From the NCBI GenBank assembly GCA_905181735.1, contig CAJIYR010000008.1:12002-76001 (forward strand): 64,000 bases of DNA, given 5' to 3'. Position numbers and translations under genes: made by a program. The notes under the pieces are model-generated. The model was given only the letters and a program-made list of their open reading frames with translations, was not told the DNA's origin and searched no databases. Within the stretch, counting starts at the first letter, position 1. Each line of letters starts with the position of its first letter. The DNA comes from an uncultured Hyphomicrobiales bacterium. GTDB lineage: Bacteria; Pseudomonadota; Alphaproteobacteria; Rhizobiales; TMED25. Below, one piece after another: positions 28,164-39,045 of the stretch.

Positions 28164-29531
28164 CTACAATTCGACAGATATTTTATCTTTCATTGTAACC
28201 AACTCTTCAGACATTGTCGGGTGCAAAGCCATTGTATTATCCATCTCATATTTTGTTACTTCTTTTTTTAACAAAATAGCCATTATTTGAATGATTTCAG
28301 CAGCATCATCTCCAACAATATGACATCCAAGTATTTTATCAGTATCTTGATCAACGATTAATTTCATCATCGTTTTACTTTCTATGCTAGACAAGGAGTA
28401 ATACATTGGTTTGAACTTTGTCTTATAAACATATATTTTTTTATAAATATTTAATGCTTCTTTTTCAGTTAACCCAACGCTACCAATTTCTGGCTGTGAG
28501 AAAACGGCAGTTGGAATATTACTATAATCTACCTTCACACTAGTTTTATTAAATAAATTACTTGCAAGAACAGCCCCCTCTTTAATTGCCACAGGGGTAA
28601 GTTGGAATATATCTGTAACATCACCGATAGCAAAAATATTAGGAATTGATGTTCTCATATGAAAATCAACTATAACTGCTCCATTAGATGTACATTTTAT
28701 CCCTAAACTATCTAAAGTTAAACTTTTTGTGTTAGGAACCCTACCTGTACAAAAGATAACATTATCTGTTTGAATAGTCGTCCCATTATCTAAACCAACT
28801 CCATAACCATCTTTATTCTTTTTGATATATTCTAAGTCAGAATTTAGAAATAACTTTAGTGACTTCTTCTCGAATTCTTCTTTTAACGAATCCCCTATAT
28901 CGGAATCGAAGTCTTTCAATATAGAGCTTCCCCTATGCACTATATTTATATCAACACCTAAACCATGAAAAATAGAAGCAAATTCCATTGCTATGTAGCC
29001 TCCACCAACTATTATGCAACTTTTAGGCAAGACCTTTAAATCAAATACCTCATTTGACGTTATTCCATGCTCCGAACCTTCAATATCTGGAATATACGGT
29101 TGAGAGCCTGTTGCAATTAGAATGTTTTTTGCACTAATTATTTCACCTGTAGAATGAATTTTTATTTTATTATGGTCTAAAATTGATGCCTCAGATTCAA
29201 TAATTTTAACGCCTGATTTTATCAAATTATTTGAATATATACCACTTAACCTACTGATTTCTTTGTCTTTGTTTGAAATTAACTTATTCCAATCAAATTT
29301 TCTGTTATTCATTGTCCAGCCAAAATCCTCTGAAATCTTATAACTTTCGGCAAATTTACTTGCATAAGATAGTAATTTTTTTGGTATACATCCGCGCACA
29401 ACGCAAGTTCCACCTACTCTATATTTTTCAGAAATAATAACACGCGCACCATAATTTGCAGACATCCTGGCCGCCCTAACCCCACCTGAACCAGCACCTA
29501 TAACAAATAAATCACAATCAAATTTTTCCAT
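28164..29531 (-). CDS. gor: glutathione-disulfide reductase
   Basis: 455 aa with a GAGSGG FAD fold, the redox-active GGTCVVRGCIPKK motif and a C-terminal HPTMSEELVTM like the glutathione reductase HPTSSEELVT. Confidence 0.8.
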   Translation of the reverse strand: MEKFDCDLFVIGAGSGGVRAARMSANYGARVIISEKYRVGGTCVVRGCIPKKLLSYASKFAESYKISEDFGWTMNNRKFDWNKLISNKDKEISRLSGIYSNNLIKSGVKIIESEASILDHNKIKIHSTGEIISAKNILIATGSQPYIPDIEGSEHGITSNEVFDLKVLPKSCIIVGGGYIAMEFASIFHGLGVDINIVHRGSSILKDFDSDIGDSLKEEFEKKSLKLFLNSDLEYIKKNKDGYGVGLDNGTTIQTDNVIFCTGRVPNTKSLTLDSLGIKCTSNGAVIVDFHMRTSIPNIFAIGDVTDIFQLTPVAIKEGAVLASNLFNKTSVKVDYSNIPTAVFSQPEIGSVGLTEKEALNIYKKIYVYKTKFKPMYYSLSSIESKTMMKLIVDQDTDKILGCHIVGDDAAEIIQIMAILLKKEVTKYEMDNTMALHPTMSEELVTMKDKISVEL

Positions 29532-29543
29532 AACATATACTCT

Positions 29544-30071
29544 TCACTTTAATATATTAACATCTACTTGGTTAGTAACAATATCATCAATTACTTCAGT
29601 AACTATTTCTTCCATATTTGCGTAAATATATAAACTTATCTTTTGTGCTAATTCACTTTGATAAAGATACGATTTCTTTGCAAACAATATACCATTATCT
29701 GAATCTAACGAGTAAATCTCTGTTAATTTTTCAATATCGTTTTTAGTAAAATATTTTATCATTGTTTTAGAAGCAATTTTTGGTATATCTTCCTTCATTC
29801 TACTTACAGTAGAAATTGCAATTTTTTCTGCTATAATTTTACTTTCATCTTTTGGCAATAACAAATCTAAGCTTTCGATATCTTTAAGTACTTTTTCAGC
29901 AATTAGAGGTTTCATGGTGTTGATTACCGTATCTACCAAGTAAACGTCCACATGTTCATTGGCTAGATCAAGCAATTCTCCACCATCTACGTGTCTAAAT
30001 TGTAAAAGAAAAATTACAAAGGTAGCGATTGATAATATTAAAATTTTATACAATATTTTTATTTTTAGCAT
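29544..30071 (-). CDS. exported protein of unknown function (possibly DUF2059-like)
   Basis: 175 aa with an N-terminal hydrophobic leader. The YFTKNDIEKLTEIY segment resembles the DUF2059 FTxxEL..L..FY pattern. This is a weak call from memory. Confidence 0.4.
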   Translation of the reverse strand: MLKIKILYKILILSIATFVIFLLQFRHVDGGELLDLANEHVDVYLVDTVINTMKPLIAEKVLKDIESLDLLLPKDESKIIAEKIAISTVSRMKEDIPKIASKTMIKYFTKNDIEKLTEIYSLDSDNGILFAKKSYLYQSELAQKISLYIYANMEEIVTEVIDDIVTNQVDVNILK

Positions 30072-30089
30072 ATTACGGATACAGTTATA

Positions 30090-30794
30090 TTATTTTTCTA
30101 TAATTTCTATTACATTTTCATTAGCAACAACTATTTTATCTGCCATTCCAATAAATAAACCGTTTTCAACGACACCATTAACACTTCTAATTAAGCTTTC
30201 TATACCTGCTGGATCCTTTATAAAATCACAAGCGCAATCAACTATAAAATTACCGCCGTCAGATGTAAATACACTTCCATTGTCATTTTTACGTAATTTA
30301 ATATCTACATTAATTCCAGCATCTAATAATAATAATTTGATCTTTAACATAGTTGTTTTTGGAGAGAATCTAATGATCTCTATTGGTAGAGGGAATGTAC
30401 CTAAATTTATCGATTTCTTTGAATCGTCCGTAATTATAACATAATGCTTTGAGACAGATGCAACTATTTTTTCCCTTAATAAAGCGCCGCCTCCACCTTT
30501 TATTAGATTCATCTTCTCATCAAATTCATCTGCACCATCGATTGTGATATCTAAAGCCTTAATTTCATCTAATTCAAAAATTGGGATTCCAAGACTTGAG
30601 GCATAATCCTCTGTTTTTTTTGAAGTTGCCACACATTTAAAATTCATGCCATTATTAATTGCTAGACTCAATAATAAGATAAATTCATTCGCAGTAGAAC
30701 CTGTGCCTAAACCAATGCACATGCCGTCTTCAATGAATTGCATAGCTAGATTAGCTGCGCGAAACTTTTTACTCTTAATATTTGATTCCATCAC
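30090..30794 (-). CDS. rpiA: ribose-5-phosphate isomerase A
   Basis: 234 aa with motifs GLGTGSTA, DGADE and KGGGGALLREK. Confidence 0.9.
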   Translation of the reverse strand: MMESNIKSKKFRAANLAMQFIEDGMCIGLGTGSTANEFILLLSLAINNGMNFKCVATSKKTEDYASSLGIPIFELDEIKALDITIDGADEFDEKMNLIKGGGGALLREKIVASVSKHYVIITDDSKKSINLGTFPLPIEIIRFSPKTTMLKIKLLLLDAGINVDIKLRKNDNGSVFTSDGGNFIVDCACDFIKDPAGIESLIRSVNGVVENGLFIGMADKIVVANENVIEIIEK

Positions 30795-30898
30795 GCTATC
30801 TATTGTGTAATATTTTTATTATAATAATATTTATATTATCCGTTATTAAGAATACTAAAAATGTAATAATAATACAATTTTAAAAATGAGTTTATAAC

Positions 30899-31570
30899 AT
30901 GTACAAAGAAAAAATGGTTATATTTGATTTAGATGGAACCTTAGTTGATACCGCTCCAGATTTAATAAATTCTGCGAATTTTGCTTTAAAGAATATAATA
31001 AATAACCCGATAAATATTGAGGAATCAAGGAAAATAATTGGGAAGGGTGGTAAATATTTAATAGAAAAGTCACTGTTCTCTCGAAATATTAAATTACCAG
31101 ATGACAAGATAAGTCAACTAACACTAATATTCTTAGAATATTATAAAAAAAATATCTACAAAGATAGCAGACCATTTTCAAATATGATCGAAACATTAAA
31201 TATGCTTAAAGAATTTAATATAAATATTGCCATTTGTACAAACAAACCAGAGAAGTTAACAAAAATACTACTCTCAAAGATGGGGTTATTAGATTATTTT
31301 AACAATATAGTTGGCGGAGATAGTCTTCCAAAAATGAAACCTGATCCATTGCCCTTGCTTACTTTGATCAAAGAAAAAAATATTAAAAAGTCCAACGCAA
31401 TTATGGTTGGTGATTCTGAAAATGATATAATTGCAGCTAAATTAGCGGGAATAAAAGTAATTGGCGTTACATTTGGCTATAGTGAAACAGGAATAGAACA
31501 ACTTTATCCAGATTATATTGCAAATAATTTTACAGATGTAAAAGAAATTATAAAAAGAAATTTTCTCTAA
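30899..31570 (+). CDS. gph: HAD-superfamily phosphoglycolate phosphatase
   Basis: 223 aa with HAD motif I (DLDGTLVDT), CTNK, and GDSENDI. Confidence 0.7.
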   Translation: MYKEKMVIFDLDGTLVDTAPDLINSANFALKNIINNPINIEESRKIIGKGGKYLIEKSLFSRNIKLPDDKISQLTLIFLEYYKKNIYKDSRPFSNMIETLNMLKEFNINIAICTNKPEKLTKILLSKMGLLDYFNNIVGGDSLPKMKPDPLPLLTLIKEKNIKKSNAIMVGDSENDIIAAKLAGIKVIGVTFGYSETGIEQLYPDYIANNFTDVKEIIKRNFL

Positions 31571-31593
31571 AAAATTTTTTATATAAAATAATA

Positions 31594-32979
31594 TTATTTC
31601 TTAATATTATTAATAATCCTTACCCATGTTCTAATGCCTTTATGAAAAGATTCTAAATTATACTTTTCATTTGGACTGTGAATACAATCATCATCAAGAG
31701 CAAAGCCAACTAAGATAGAATCTATTCCCAGTTTACGCTTAAAACTCTCAACAATTGGAATAGATCCACCGCCTCCAGTTAGAATAGGGCTAACGCTCCA
31801 TTCCTTCTTAATCGCATTCTCTGCTGATCTAAAAAAATCTGTTGACGTGTCTGCTTGAATAGCCGAAGCACCTTCGTGACCTTTAAAAAAAACGGACACT
31901 CCAACAGGAAGTTTGCTCTCGATATACTGGTGTATATTTTTAATTAATTTATCAGGATCTTGCTTTCCTACTAATCTGCATGTTATTTTTGCAGTTGCTT
32001 TTGAAGGAATAACGGTTTTTGTGCCTTCTTCTGTATACCCACCATAAATGCCATTAACCTCAAATGTTGGCCTCGACCATAATTGCTCTAATATAGATCG
32101 ATCAGCCTCACCAGATGAAGTCGTTTGACCGATATTATTAAGATAATCTTTAGCATCAAGTTCAAGTGATTTCCAACGACTAGATGTAAGCTGATCTAAC
32201 TCTTGAACACCATTATAGAAATCTTTAATGGTAATTTTTCCATTATCGTCATGAATACCAGCAATTATATTAGATAGAACTCTGATAGGATTCCATGCTG
32301 TTCCGCCAAACTCACCTGAATGAAGATCTCTGTTTGGCCCAATAATATCAAATTCTTCTGATAATAAACCCCTAAGTGATGTTGTTATAGCTGGAGTAGC
32401 AGGATTCCACATTCCTGTATCACAAATAAAAATACAATCTGCTTTTAGTAAACTTGAATGAGTTTCAATGAAGGTAGCCATAGATGAAGAACCACACTCT
32501 TCCTCACCCTCAATTAAGACAGAAATAGACACAGGAAGATCTCCTTGCACCTCTAGGTAAGCTCTTAGAGCCTCTATGAATGTCATTAATTGACCTTTGT
32601 CATCACTTGAACCACGAGCAACTATTGCCTGTTTTCCATTAACCTCTTTTAACACAGGCTCAAAGGGATCTGAGCTCCATTTTTCTATTGGATCTGGCGG
32701 CTGAACATCGTAATGTCCATAGAATAAAATATGAGGTTTTTCTTGGTTTTTATGAGTCAGATTACCTAAAACAATTGGATTTCCATTAGTATGATAAACC
32801 TTTGAGGTTAATCCTATCTTATTAAGATAATTATTTACCCATTGAGAAGCTTCTTCACAATCCTTTTTATAAACAGGATTTGTTGAGATAGACTTTATTC
32901 TCAAGAAATCAAATAGATTACTTAAGCTAGAATCAATGTTATGATCTACTTTTGAAATAATATTATCAATATTAACCAT
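31594..32979 (-). CDS. M20 family metallopeptidase (dipeptidase/deacylase-like)
   Basis: 461 aa with motifs GHYDVQP, GSSDDKG and EGEEECGS, typical of M20 dimetal hydrolases. Confidence 0.8.
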   Translation of the reverse strand: MVNIDNIISKVDHNIDSSLSNLFDFLRIKSISTNPVYKKDCEEASQWVNNYLNKIGLTSKVYHTNGNPIVLGNLTHKNQEKPHILFYGHYDVQPPDPIEKWSSDPFEPVLKEVNGKQAIVARGSSDDKGQLMTFIEALRAYLEVQGDLPVSISVLIEGEEECGSSSMATFIETHSSLLKADCIFICDTGMWNPATPAITTSLRGLLSEEFDIIGPNRDLHSGEFGGTAWNPIRVLSNIIAGIHDDNGKITIKDFYNGVQELDQLTSSRWKSLELDAKDYLNNIGQTTSSGEADRSILEQLWSRPTFEVNGIYGGYTEEGTKTVIPSKATAKITCRLVGKQDPDKLIKNIHQYIESKLPVGVSVFFKGHEGASAIQADTSTDFFRSAENAIKKEWSVSPILTGGGGSIPIVESFKRKLGIDSILVGFALDDDCIHSPNEKYNLESFHKGIRTWVRIINNIKK

Positions 32980-33069
32980 TCTTCCTCCGCTAAAAACTTT
33001 ATAGATTAAGATTTATAGTATAATCTAAATTTATACATATTTAAATAAAGCATTAAAGTTGATCTAAAA

Positions 33070-33585
33070 ATGACAATAACATTTATACTAGGTGGAGCGG
33101 ATTCAGGTAAGTCAGTTTATGCTGAAAATTTAGCAAACAAAAACATCAATAACTATGAAAAAAAAATTTATCTCGCAACAGCACCTGCAATAGACGATGA
33201 GATGAAAAGACGTATAAAATTACATCAAAAAAGAAGAGATGATTCATGGGTCACAATAGAAGAAGAAGTTTTTATAAGCAGAATAATCGAAGAGAAATCA
33301 TCCATCAAAAATATAATTTTAATTGAATGTTTGACTACATGGCTTTCTAATTTAATTTATAAAAAAATACATTATAACAGGGAATTAAAAGTTTTAACTA
33401 AGACATTATATAAACAAAAAAATGATATTATAATAGTATCAAACGAACTAGGGCATAGCATAATACCAGAAAGCCAACTGTCTAGAGAATTTAGAGCAAT
33501 AAATGGAAAAATGAATCAAGCTATAGCAAAGATAGCAGATAATGTTATATTTGTTATTGCTGGGTGTGGACAAAAAATAAAGTAA
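33070..33585 (+). CDS. cobU: adenosylcobinamide kinase / adenosylcobinamide-phosphate guanylyltransferase
   Basis: 171 aa. The P-loop GGADSGKS and the size fit the CobU/CobP family, and it leads the cob operon. Confidence 0.85.
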   Translation: MTITFILGGADSGKSVYAENLANKNINNYEKKIYLATAPAIDDEMKRRIKLHQKRRDDSWVTIEEEVFISRIIEEKSSIKNIILIECLTTWLSNLIYKKIHYNRELKVLTKTLYKQKNDIIIVSNELGHSIIPESQLSREFRAINGKMNQAIAKIADNVIFVIAGCGQKIK

Positions 33586-33588
33586 AAA

Positions 33589-34653
33589 ATGAACAATTTA
33601 AAAAAAATACCAACTACAATATTAACAGGTTTTCTAGGTGCCGGTAAAACTACATTTATAGAAAAAATTGTAAAGAAATCTAATGCAAACATTGCATTAA
33701 TAATTAATGAATTCGGTGATTTAGGAGTTGATGCAGATATATTAAAAGAGTGCATAAATAGTAACTGCGCACCTGAAAACATAATTGAATTATCTAATGG
33801 TTGCATATGCTGTACTGTTTCAGATGATTTTATTCCAACTATTGAGAAAATTGTTAATAGCCCTACACCGCCAGACCATATTATCATTGAAACATCTGGC
33901 TTAGCACTTCCAAAACCACTGATTGACGCATTTAAATGGCCGGATATAAGAAATAGAATAATGTATAATGGAACAATTGTTATAGTTGATTCATATGCAT
34001 ATAATAATGTGTATGAGACTTTTGAAAAACACAACTCAACCCATAAAGATAGTGATAATAAGATGCTAAATACATCTATTGAAGAGGTTTTTAATGATCA
34101 AATTTTAAGTTCTGATTTGATAATTATTAATAAAATAGAATTGGCAACAGAATTAGAAATTAAAAAAATTGAAAATAATATAAATGAACTAACATCAAAA
34201 AGTATTCCTATAATTAAATCTAATAAAGATTATGACTTGGATGAAATAATACTGGGGCCAAAAACACTAACATTAGATAATAATATTTACAATACGCCTG
34301 ATCTAGAAAAAGATTTTACTTCAAAAAATGACCATGACCATCACCATGACCATGACCATGACCATGACCATGATAATTTTCATACATTTTCTGTTAACAT
34401 TCCTAATACATTTACTAAAGAAATAATATTAAATAAATTAAATAAAGTATTGCAATCAAAAGATATATTACGAATTAAAGGATTTGTATTAACAGTTGAA
34501 TCCGATATGCTGTTAACAGTTCAAGTTGTTGGTAAAAATATTCAAACCTATTACCAAGATAGTGAAATAAAGAATAGAGATTCTGGTTATTTAATTTTCA
34601 TAGGATACAAAAATATAAACGAGACATCAGTAAAAAAATTATTTCTGAAATAA
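33589..34653 (+). CDS. cobW: CobW / COG0523 family metallochaperone GTPase
   Basis: 354 aa with the P-loop GFLGAGKTT, the CxCC motif (GCICCT) and a His/Asp-rich stretch. It lies immediately upstream of cobN. Confidence 0.85.
   Translation: MNNLKKIPTTILTGFLGAGKTTFIEKIVKKSNANIALIINEFGDLGVDADILKECINSNCAPENIIELSNGCICCTVSDDFIPTIEKIVNSPTPPDHIIIETSGLALPKPLIDAFKWPDIRNRIMYNGTIVIVDSYAYNNVYETFEKHNSTHKDSDNKMLNTSIEEVFNDQILSSDLIIINKIELATELEIKKIENNINELTSKSIPIIKSNKDYDLDEIILGPKTLTLDNNIYNTPDLEKDFTSKNDHDHHHDHDHDHDHDNFHTFSVNIPNTFTKEIILNKLNKVLQSKDILRIKGFVLTVESDMLLTVQVVGKNIQTYYQDSEIKNRDSGYLIFIGYKNINETSVKKLFLK
34330..34374 (+). repeat. in-frame GACCAT hexanucleotide microsatellite (about 7 units) encoding DHDHHHDHDHDHDHD
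   Basis: Read directly from the sequence: gaccat gaccat caccat gaccat gaccat gaccat gaccat gat. Confidence 0.9.
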
Positions 34654-34657
34654 TAAT

Positions 34658-37600
34658 ATGCACTTACTAACTCTAACATCAGGAAACACAAATGATCAGA
34701 ATGACCCTATAGATTTAAACCAATCACCAGCTGAAATTGTTTTTCTTTCATCTGCAGATACTGAAAATTCTTTAGTTTCAACTGCTAGAAAAAAAATTAA
34801 AAATTATCCCAAGTTTAGAGTTACTAATTTAATAAATCTTTCACATAACATGTCTGTAGATTTGTATGTAAACAAAACAGTTAGTACTGCAAAGGTTATA
34901 GTTGCAAGAATATTAGGTGGAAAAAACTACTGGCCTTATGGGATCGAACAATTAAATGAATTGTCTAAGATCAATAATATTAAATTAATTCTTCTTCCAG
35001 GAGACGACAAACCTGATAATATATTATTTCAGTTATCTAACGTTGACAGCGATACTTATAATGATTTGTGGTCGTACTTCAATGAAGGGGGGCTCGACAA
35101 TACGATCAATGCATTACAGTATCTAAAATATATAATTACCAACAAAGATAAACCTCCCTTGCCAAAAAGCATTCTTCCAATAGGTATCTATTGGCCTAAT
35201 ATTGGCAATATTGATATCGAGGATATAAAAAAAAGATGGGTAAAAAATTATCCTTTGGTTGGAATTACTTTTTACAGGGCTTTATTCCAAAGCAATCAAA
35301 CTTCGACTATAGATAGGTTAATTTTATCATTAGCAAACGAAGGTTTTAATTCTCTACCATTATATGCAAAATCTTTTAAAGATAAGAAGAATGCAGCAAT
35401 AGCGTCTCATCTATTTTCTAAATATAACCCAGATGCAATAATCAATTTAACTGGGTTCTCACTTTCTAGCCCTAATAATCCTGACCCTGAAACAGTTTTT
35501 GATAACAAAAAAAGAATTGTATTCCAATCATTCCTCACTAGCATGGAAAGAAAAGACTGGGTAAAATCTACAAAAGGTTTAAATACCAGAGATATTGCAA
35601 TGAATGTCTCTCTTCCTGAAATAGATGGCAGGATTATTACAAAATCAATAGCATTCAAAAAAACGATTGAATTTGATGAGACCTCAGAAGCTCAAGTTAT
35701 TAAATATCAGCCCGATTCAGAAAATATAAGATATATTTCTGCTCTAGCTTCTAATTGGATTAAGTTACAAAAAACTCACAATAAAGATAAAAAAATATTT
35801 ATTACATTAGCTAATTATCCAAATAAAGACGGGAGAATTGGTAATGGGGTTGGTTTAGATACACCGGCTAGTACAATTAATGTGTTAAAAGAATTAATAA
35901 AAAATGGGTATAAAGTTGACAAAGATATTCCAAAAAACTCAAAAGAATTAATGAACCGTTTGTTAGAGGGGACAACCAATAATCTTCAGAAAAAATCAAA
36001 TAAGAGTTCTGAAAAACTTAGTTACGATTTATACCTTAGACACTTTAACATTCTTCCTAAATCAGTTAAAAATACAGTTTTAAAAAGATGGGGTAGAATT
36101 GAAAATGATCCGTATTTTAAAAATGGATCATTTAACCTGCCAATCCATAAATTTAAAAATATCTCAATCGGAATACAGCCAGCAAGGGGCTATAATATTG
36201 ATCCTAAGTCAACCTATCATAGCCCAGATTTAGTACCCCCACATAATTATTTGGCATTTTATATATGGATCAAACACAAATATAATTCGAATGCTTTAAT
36301 TCAAATGGGCAAACATGGGAACTTAGAATGGCTTCCAGGAAAATCAATGTCGTTGAGCAAGAAATGTTATCCAGAGTTAATTTTAGGACCTATGCCACTT
36401 ATTTATCCATTTATAGTAAACGACCCTGGAGAAGGATCTCAAGCAAAAAGGAGGAATGCTGCAACAATTATTGATCACCTTACCCCTCCTCTTACTAGAG
36501 CAGAAATTTATGGAGATATGAGAATTTTGGAAGTATTGATAGACGAATATTACGAAGCCTCACAATATAATTCAAAAAGAATGCAATCTATTTCAGAGAA
36601 AATCATTGAAACCTCTAACTTAATAGGGTTAACAGATGATTGCGGTGTAACAAAAAATGATACAATTGATAGTATTTTAAATAAAATTGATACCTATCTC
36701 TGTGAATTAAAAGAGCTTCAAATAAGAGACGGCTTACATGTTTTTGGAGAGTCACCAAAACATACACAACTCACTGATTTAACTGTCTCCCTTACACGGT
36801 TATCCAGAAAAGATAATAAAAATGGAAATATGTCGTTATTAGTTGCTCTTACTAAAGATTTAAAAATAAAATTAAATCCATTGGATTGTGATTTTAAAAA
36901 AAATTATACTGGTGAAAAGCCTAAAATTTTAGAGTCGTTAACAAAAGATAATTGGAGAAGCTGTGGTGATACAATAGAGAGATTAGAGAAATTATCAAAG
37001 CTCTTAGTAAGTAATGAAATAAAACCTCGTACTAACTGGAAGAATACTATGATGGTGTTAGAAGAGATTAGATATAATATCATGCCATCAATTGTAAAAT
37101 CTGGAGAAGAAGAGCTAAAATCAATGATAAAGGCCTTAGATGGCTTATTTATTAAACCTGGTCCATCAGGAGCCCCGACAAGAGGAAAGATTGAGGTTAT
37201 TCCGACAGGTAAAAATTTTTACTCACTTGATTCAAGAACTTTACCTACTCAAGCCGCCTGGTCTATAGGTATGAAATCTGCAAAGCTACTTGTAGAAGAC
37301 TACCGGCAAAAAGAAGGTAAATGGCCAACTCATTTTGCACTTTCCGCCTGGGGTACTTCAAATATGAGAACAGGTGGCGATGATATAGCACAGGCGATGG
37401 CATTAATTGGAGCAAAACCCAAATGGGATATTTCATCAGGTCGCGTTAGCGGTTTTGAAATTATACCAACTACAATACTTGGTAGACCTAGAGTTGATGT
37501 TACGTTAAGAGTTTCAGGTTTTTTTCGTGATGCATTTCCAAATCTAATCGAATTATTTGATTCTGCCATTAGAAAAATTTCAGAATTAAAAGAAACCAAT

Positions 37601-38380
37601 AATGAAAACCCAATATCCAAAAGCTTTGATAAGGACATAGCATATTTAATAAAAAATGGATTAAGTCATGAGGATGCAAAGAAATATGCAAGTTATAGAA
37701 TTTTTTCTTCGATGCCAGGCTCTTATGGGGCTGGTCTACAAACGCTAATTGACGAGAGCATCTGGGATGATAACGAAGATTTTGCAAATTCCTATATGGA
37801 ATGGAGTTCTTTCGCGTACGGTAAAGGATCCTTCGGAGAAAAAGTTCCCGATATTTTCTCTATTAGACTCCAAAAAATACAGGCCATAATACAGAACCAA
37901 GACAACAGAGAGCATGATATTCTTGATTCTGATGATTACTATCAATTTCAAGGGGGACTTGGTTCTGCTGTTAAGAAAATAAGTGGGAAAACACCTATCT
38001 ATTATCACAATGATCATTCTCGCCCCGAAAAACCAGTTATACGGTCACTTGATGATGAAATATCTAGGGTAGTAAGGGGAAGAGCAACAAATCCTAAATG
38101 GATAGCAGGTGTAATGCGACACGGATATAAAGGTGCTTTTGAATTATCCGCCACTTTAGATTATTTATTTGCATTTCAGGCAACAACTGGACTTGTTAAA
38201 AATCATCACTTCGATCTATTGTTTAACGCCTACATAGAAGACAAAAATGTTTATAAATTTATCAAAGATTCTAATATTGATGCATTAAATGATATAAAAA
38301 AAAGATTTATTGAAGCTTTAGATAGAAAATTATGGCATCCTAAAAGAAATGATATTTATGAAAAATTAAACAATAATTAG
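34658..38380 (+). CDS. cobN: cobaltochelatase large subunit CobN
   Basis: 1240 aa. The size and conserved blocks (for example GKHGNLEWLPGK) fit the CobN/Mg-chelatase H family. Confidence 0.9.
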   Translation: MHLLTLTSGNTNDQNDPIDLNQSPAEIVFLSSADTENSLVSTARKKIKNYPKFRVTNLINLSHNMSVDLYVNKTVSTAKVIVARILGGKNYWPYGIEQLNELSKINNIKLILLPGDDKPDNILFQLSNVDSDTYNDLWSYFNEGGLDNTINALQYLKYIITNKDKPPLPKSILPIGIYWPNIGNIDIEDIKKRWVKNYPLVGITFYRALFQSNQTSTIDRLILSLANEGFNSLPLYAKSFKDKKNAAIASHLFSKYNPDAIINLTGFSLSSPNNPDPETVFDNKKRIVFQSFLTSMERKDWVKSTKGLNTRDIAMNVSLPEIDGRIITKSIAFKKTIEFDETSEAQVIKYQPDSENIRYISALASNWIKLQKTHNKDKKIFITLANYPNKDGRIGNGVGLDTPASTINVLKELIKNGYKVDKDIPKNSKELMNRLLEGTTNNLQKKSNKSSEKLSYDLYLRHFNILPKSVKNTVLKRWGRIENDPYFKNGSFNLPIHKFKNISIGIQPARGYNIDPKSTYHSPDLVPPHNYLAFYIWIKHKYNSNALIQMGKHGNLEWLPGKSMSLSKKCYPELILGPMPLIYPFIVNDPGEGSQAKRRNAATIIDHLTPPLTRAEIYGDMRILEVLIDEYYEASQYNSKRMQSISEKIIETSNLIGLTDDCGVTKNDTIDSILNKIDTYLCELKELQIRDGLHVFGESPKHTQLTDLTVSLTRLSRKDNKNGNMSLLVALTKDLKIKLNPLDCDFKKNYTGEKPKILESLTKDNWRSCGDTIERLEKLSKLLVSNEIKPRTNWKNTMMVLEEIRYNIMPSIVKSGEEELKSMIKALDGLFIKPGPSGAPTRGKIEVIPTGKNFYSLDSRTLPTQAAWSIGMKSAKLLVEDYRQKEGKWPTHFALSAWGTSNMRTGGDDIAQAMALIGAKPKWDISSGRVSGFEIIPTTILGRPRVDVTLRVSGFFRDAFPNLIELFDSAIRKISELKETNNENPISKSFDKDIAYLIKNGLSHEDAKKYASYRIFSSMPGSYGAGLQTLIDESIWDDNEDFANSYMEWSSFAYGKGSFGEKVPDIFSIRLQKIQAIIQNQDNREHDILDSDDYYQFQGGLGSAVKKISGKTPIYYHNDHSRPEKPVIRSLDDEISRVVRGRATNPKWIAGVMRHGYKGAFELSATLDYLFAFQATTGLVKNHHFDLLFNAYIEDKNVYKFIKDSNIDALNDIKKRFIEALDRKLWHPKRNDIYEKLNNN

Positions 38381-38389
38381 AGTTATAAT

Positions 38390-39016
38390 ATGAATAATAA
38401 AAAACAATTAACCGAAACAGAGCTTAATGAACGCCATGCGTTCAAAATGCTGAAAAAAAAAGAAGCTAGAGATAAAATAATCGCGACAAAATTAATAGAA
38501 AAAGGATTAATTATAATTAATACTGGCAAAGGAAAAGGTAAAACTACTGCTGGATTTGGAATAGTTTTTCGTGCCATTGGAAATGGGATGAGAGTAGGTA
38601 TAGTACAATTTGTAAAAGGAAAATGGGAGACTGGAGAAAGATTAGCTTTAGATAAATTTAAAGAACAAGTTGAATTTCACACAATGGGCGAAGGTTTTAC
38701 TTGGGAAACTCAGGACAGGGAAAGAGATATTCTTGCAGCAGAAAAAGCATGGAAGAAAAGTAAAGAACTTATCAATGATACTACCAACAACGTTGTGTTA
38801 CTTGACGAATTAAATATTGTATTGAGATATAATTACATACCAATAGATGATGTGTTGGAAACGCTTAAAAATAAACCAAAAGATAAGCATGTTATTATAA
38901 CAGGTCGCAATGCAAAAGAAGAGTTAATAGAGATTGCAGATCTTGTTACAAGTATGGAAATTATTAAGCACCCATTTAGAAGTGGCGTTAAAGCACAAAA
39001 AGGAATAGAATTCTGA
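38390..39016 (+). CDS. cobO: cob(I)yrinic acid a,c-diamide adenosyltransferase
   Basis: 208 aa. The GKGKGKTTAGFG P-loop is typical of CobO/BtuR. Confidence 0.9.
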   Translation: MNNKKQLTETELNERHAFKMLKKKEARDKIIATKLIEKGLIIINTGKGKGKTTAGFGIVFRAIGNGMRVGIVQFVKGKWETGERLALDKFKEQVEFHTMGEGFTWETQDRERDILAAEKAWKKSKELINDTTNNVVLLDELNIVLRYNYIPIDDVLETLKNKPKDKHVIITGRNAKEELIEIADLVTSMEIIKHPFRSGVKAQKGIEF

Positions 39017-39045
39017 GTTATTCTTTAAAAAAAATACCTTCGATA

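Noticed and set aside
28105-28290. A 61-aa ORF spanning the gor/DAHP-synthase spacer.
   Set aside because: It is a low-complexity Tyr/Asn/Ile-rich translation of AT-rich promoter DNA that runs antisense into the gor 3' end, and it has no ribosome-binding site.
32980-33069. A cobalamin riboswitch upstream of cobU, and likewise in the cobT/cobS spacer at 43560..43614.
   Set aside because: The spacers are only about 90 and 55 bp, are almost entirely A/T, and lack any GC-rich conserved core or B12-box-like element.
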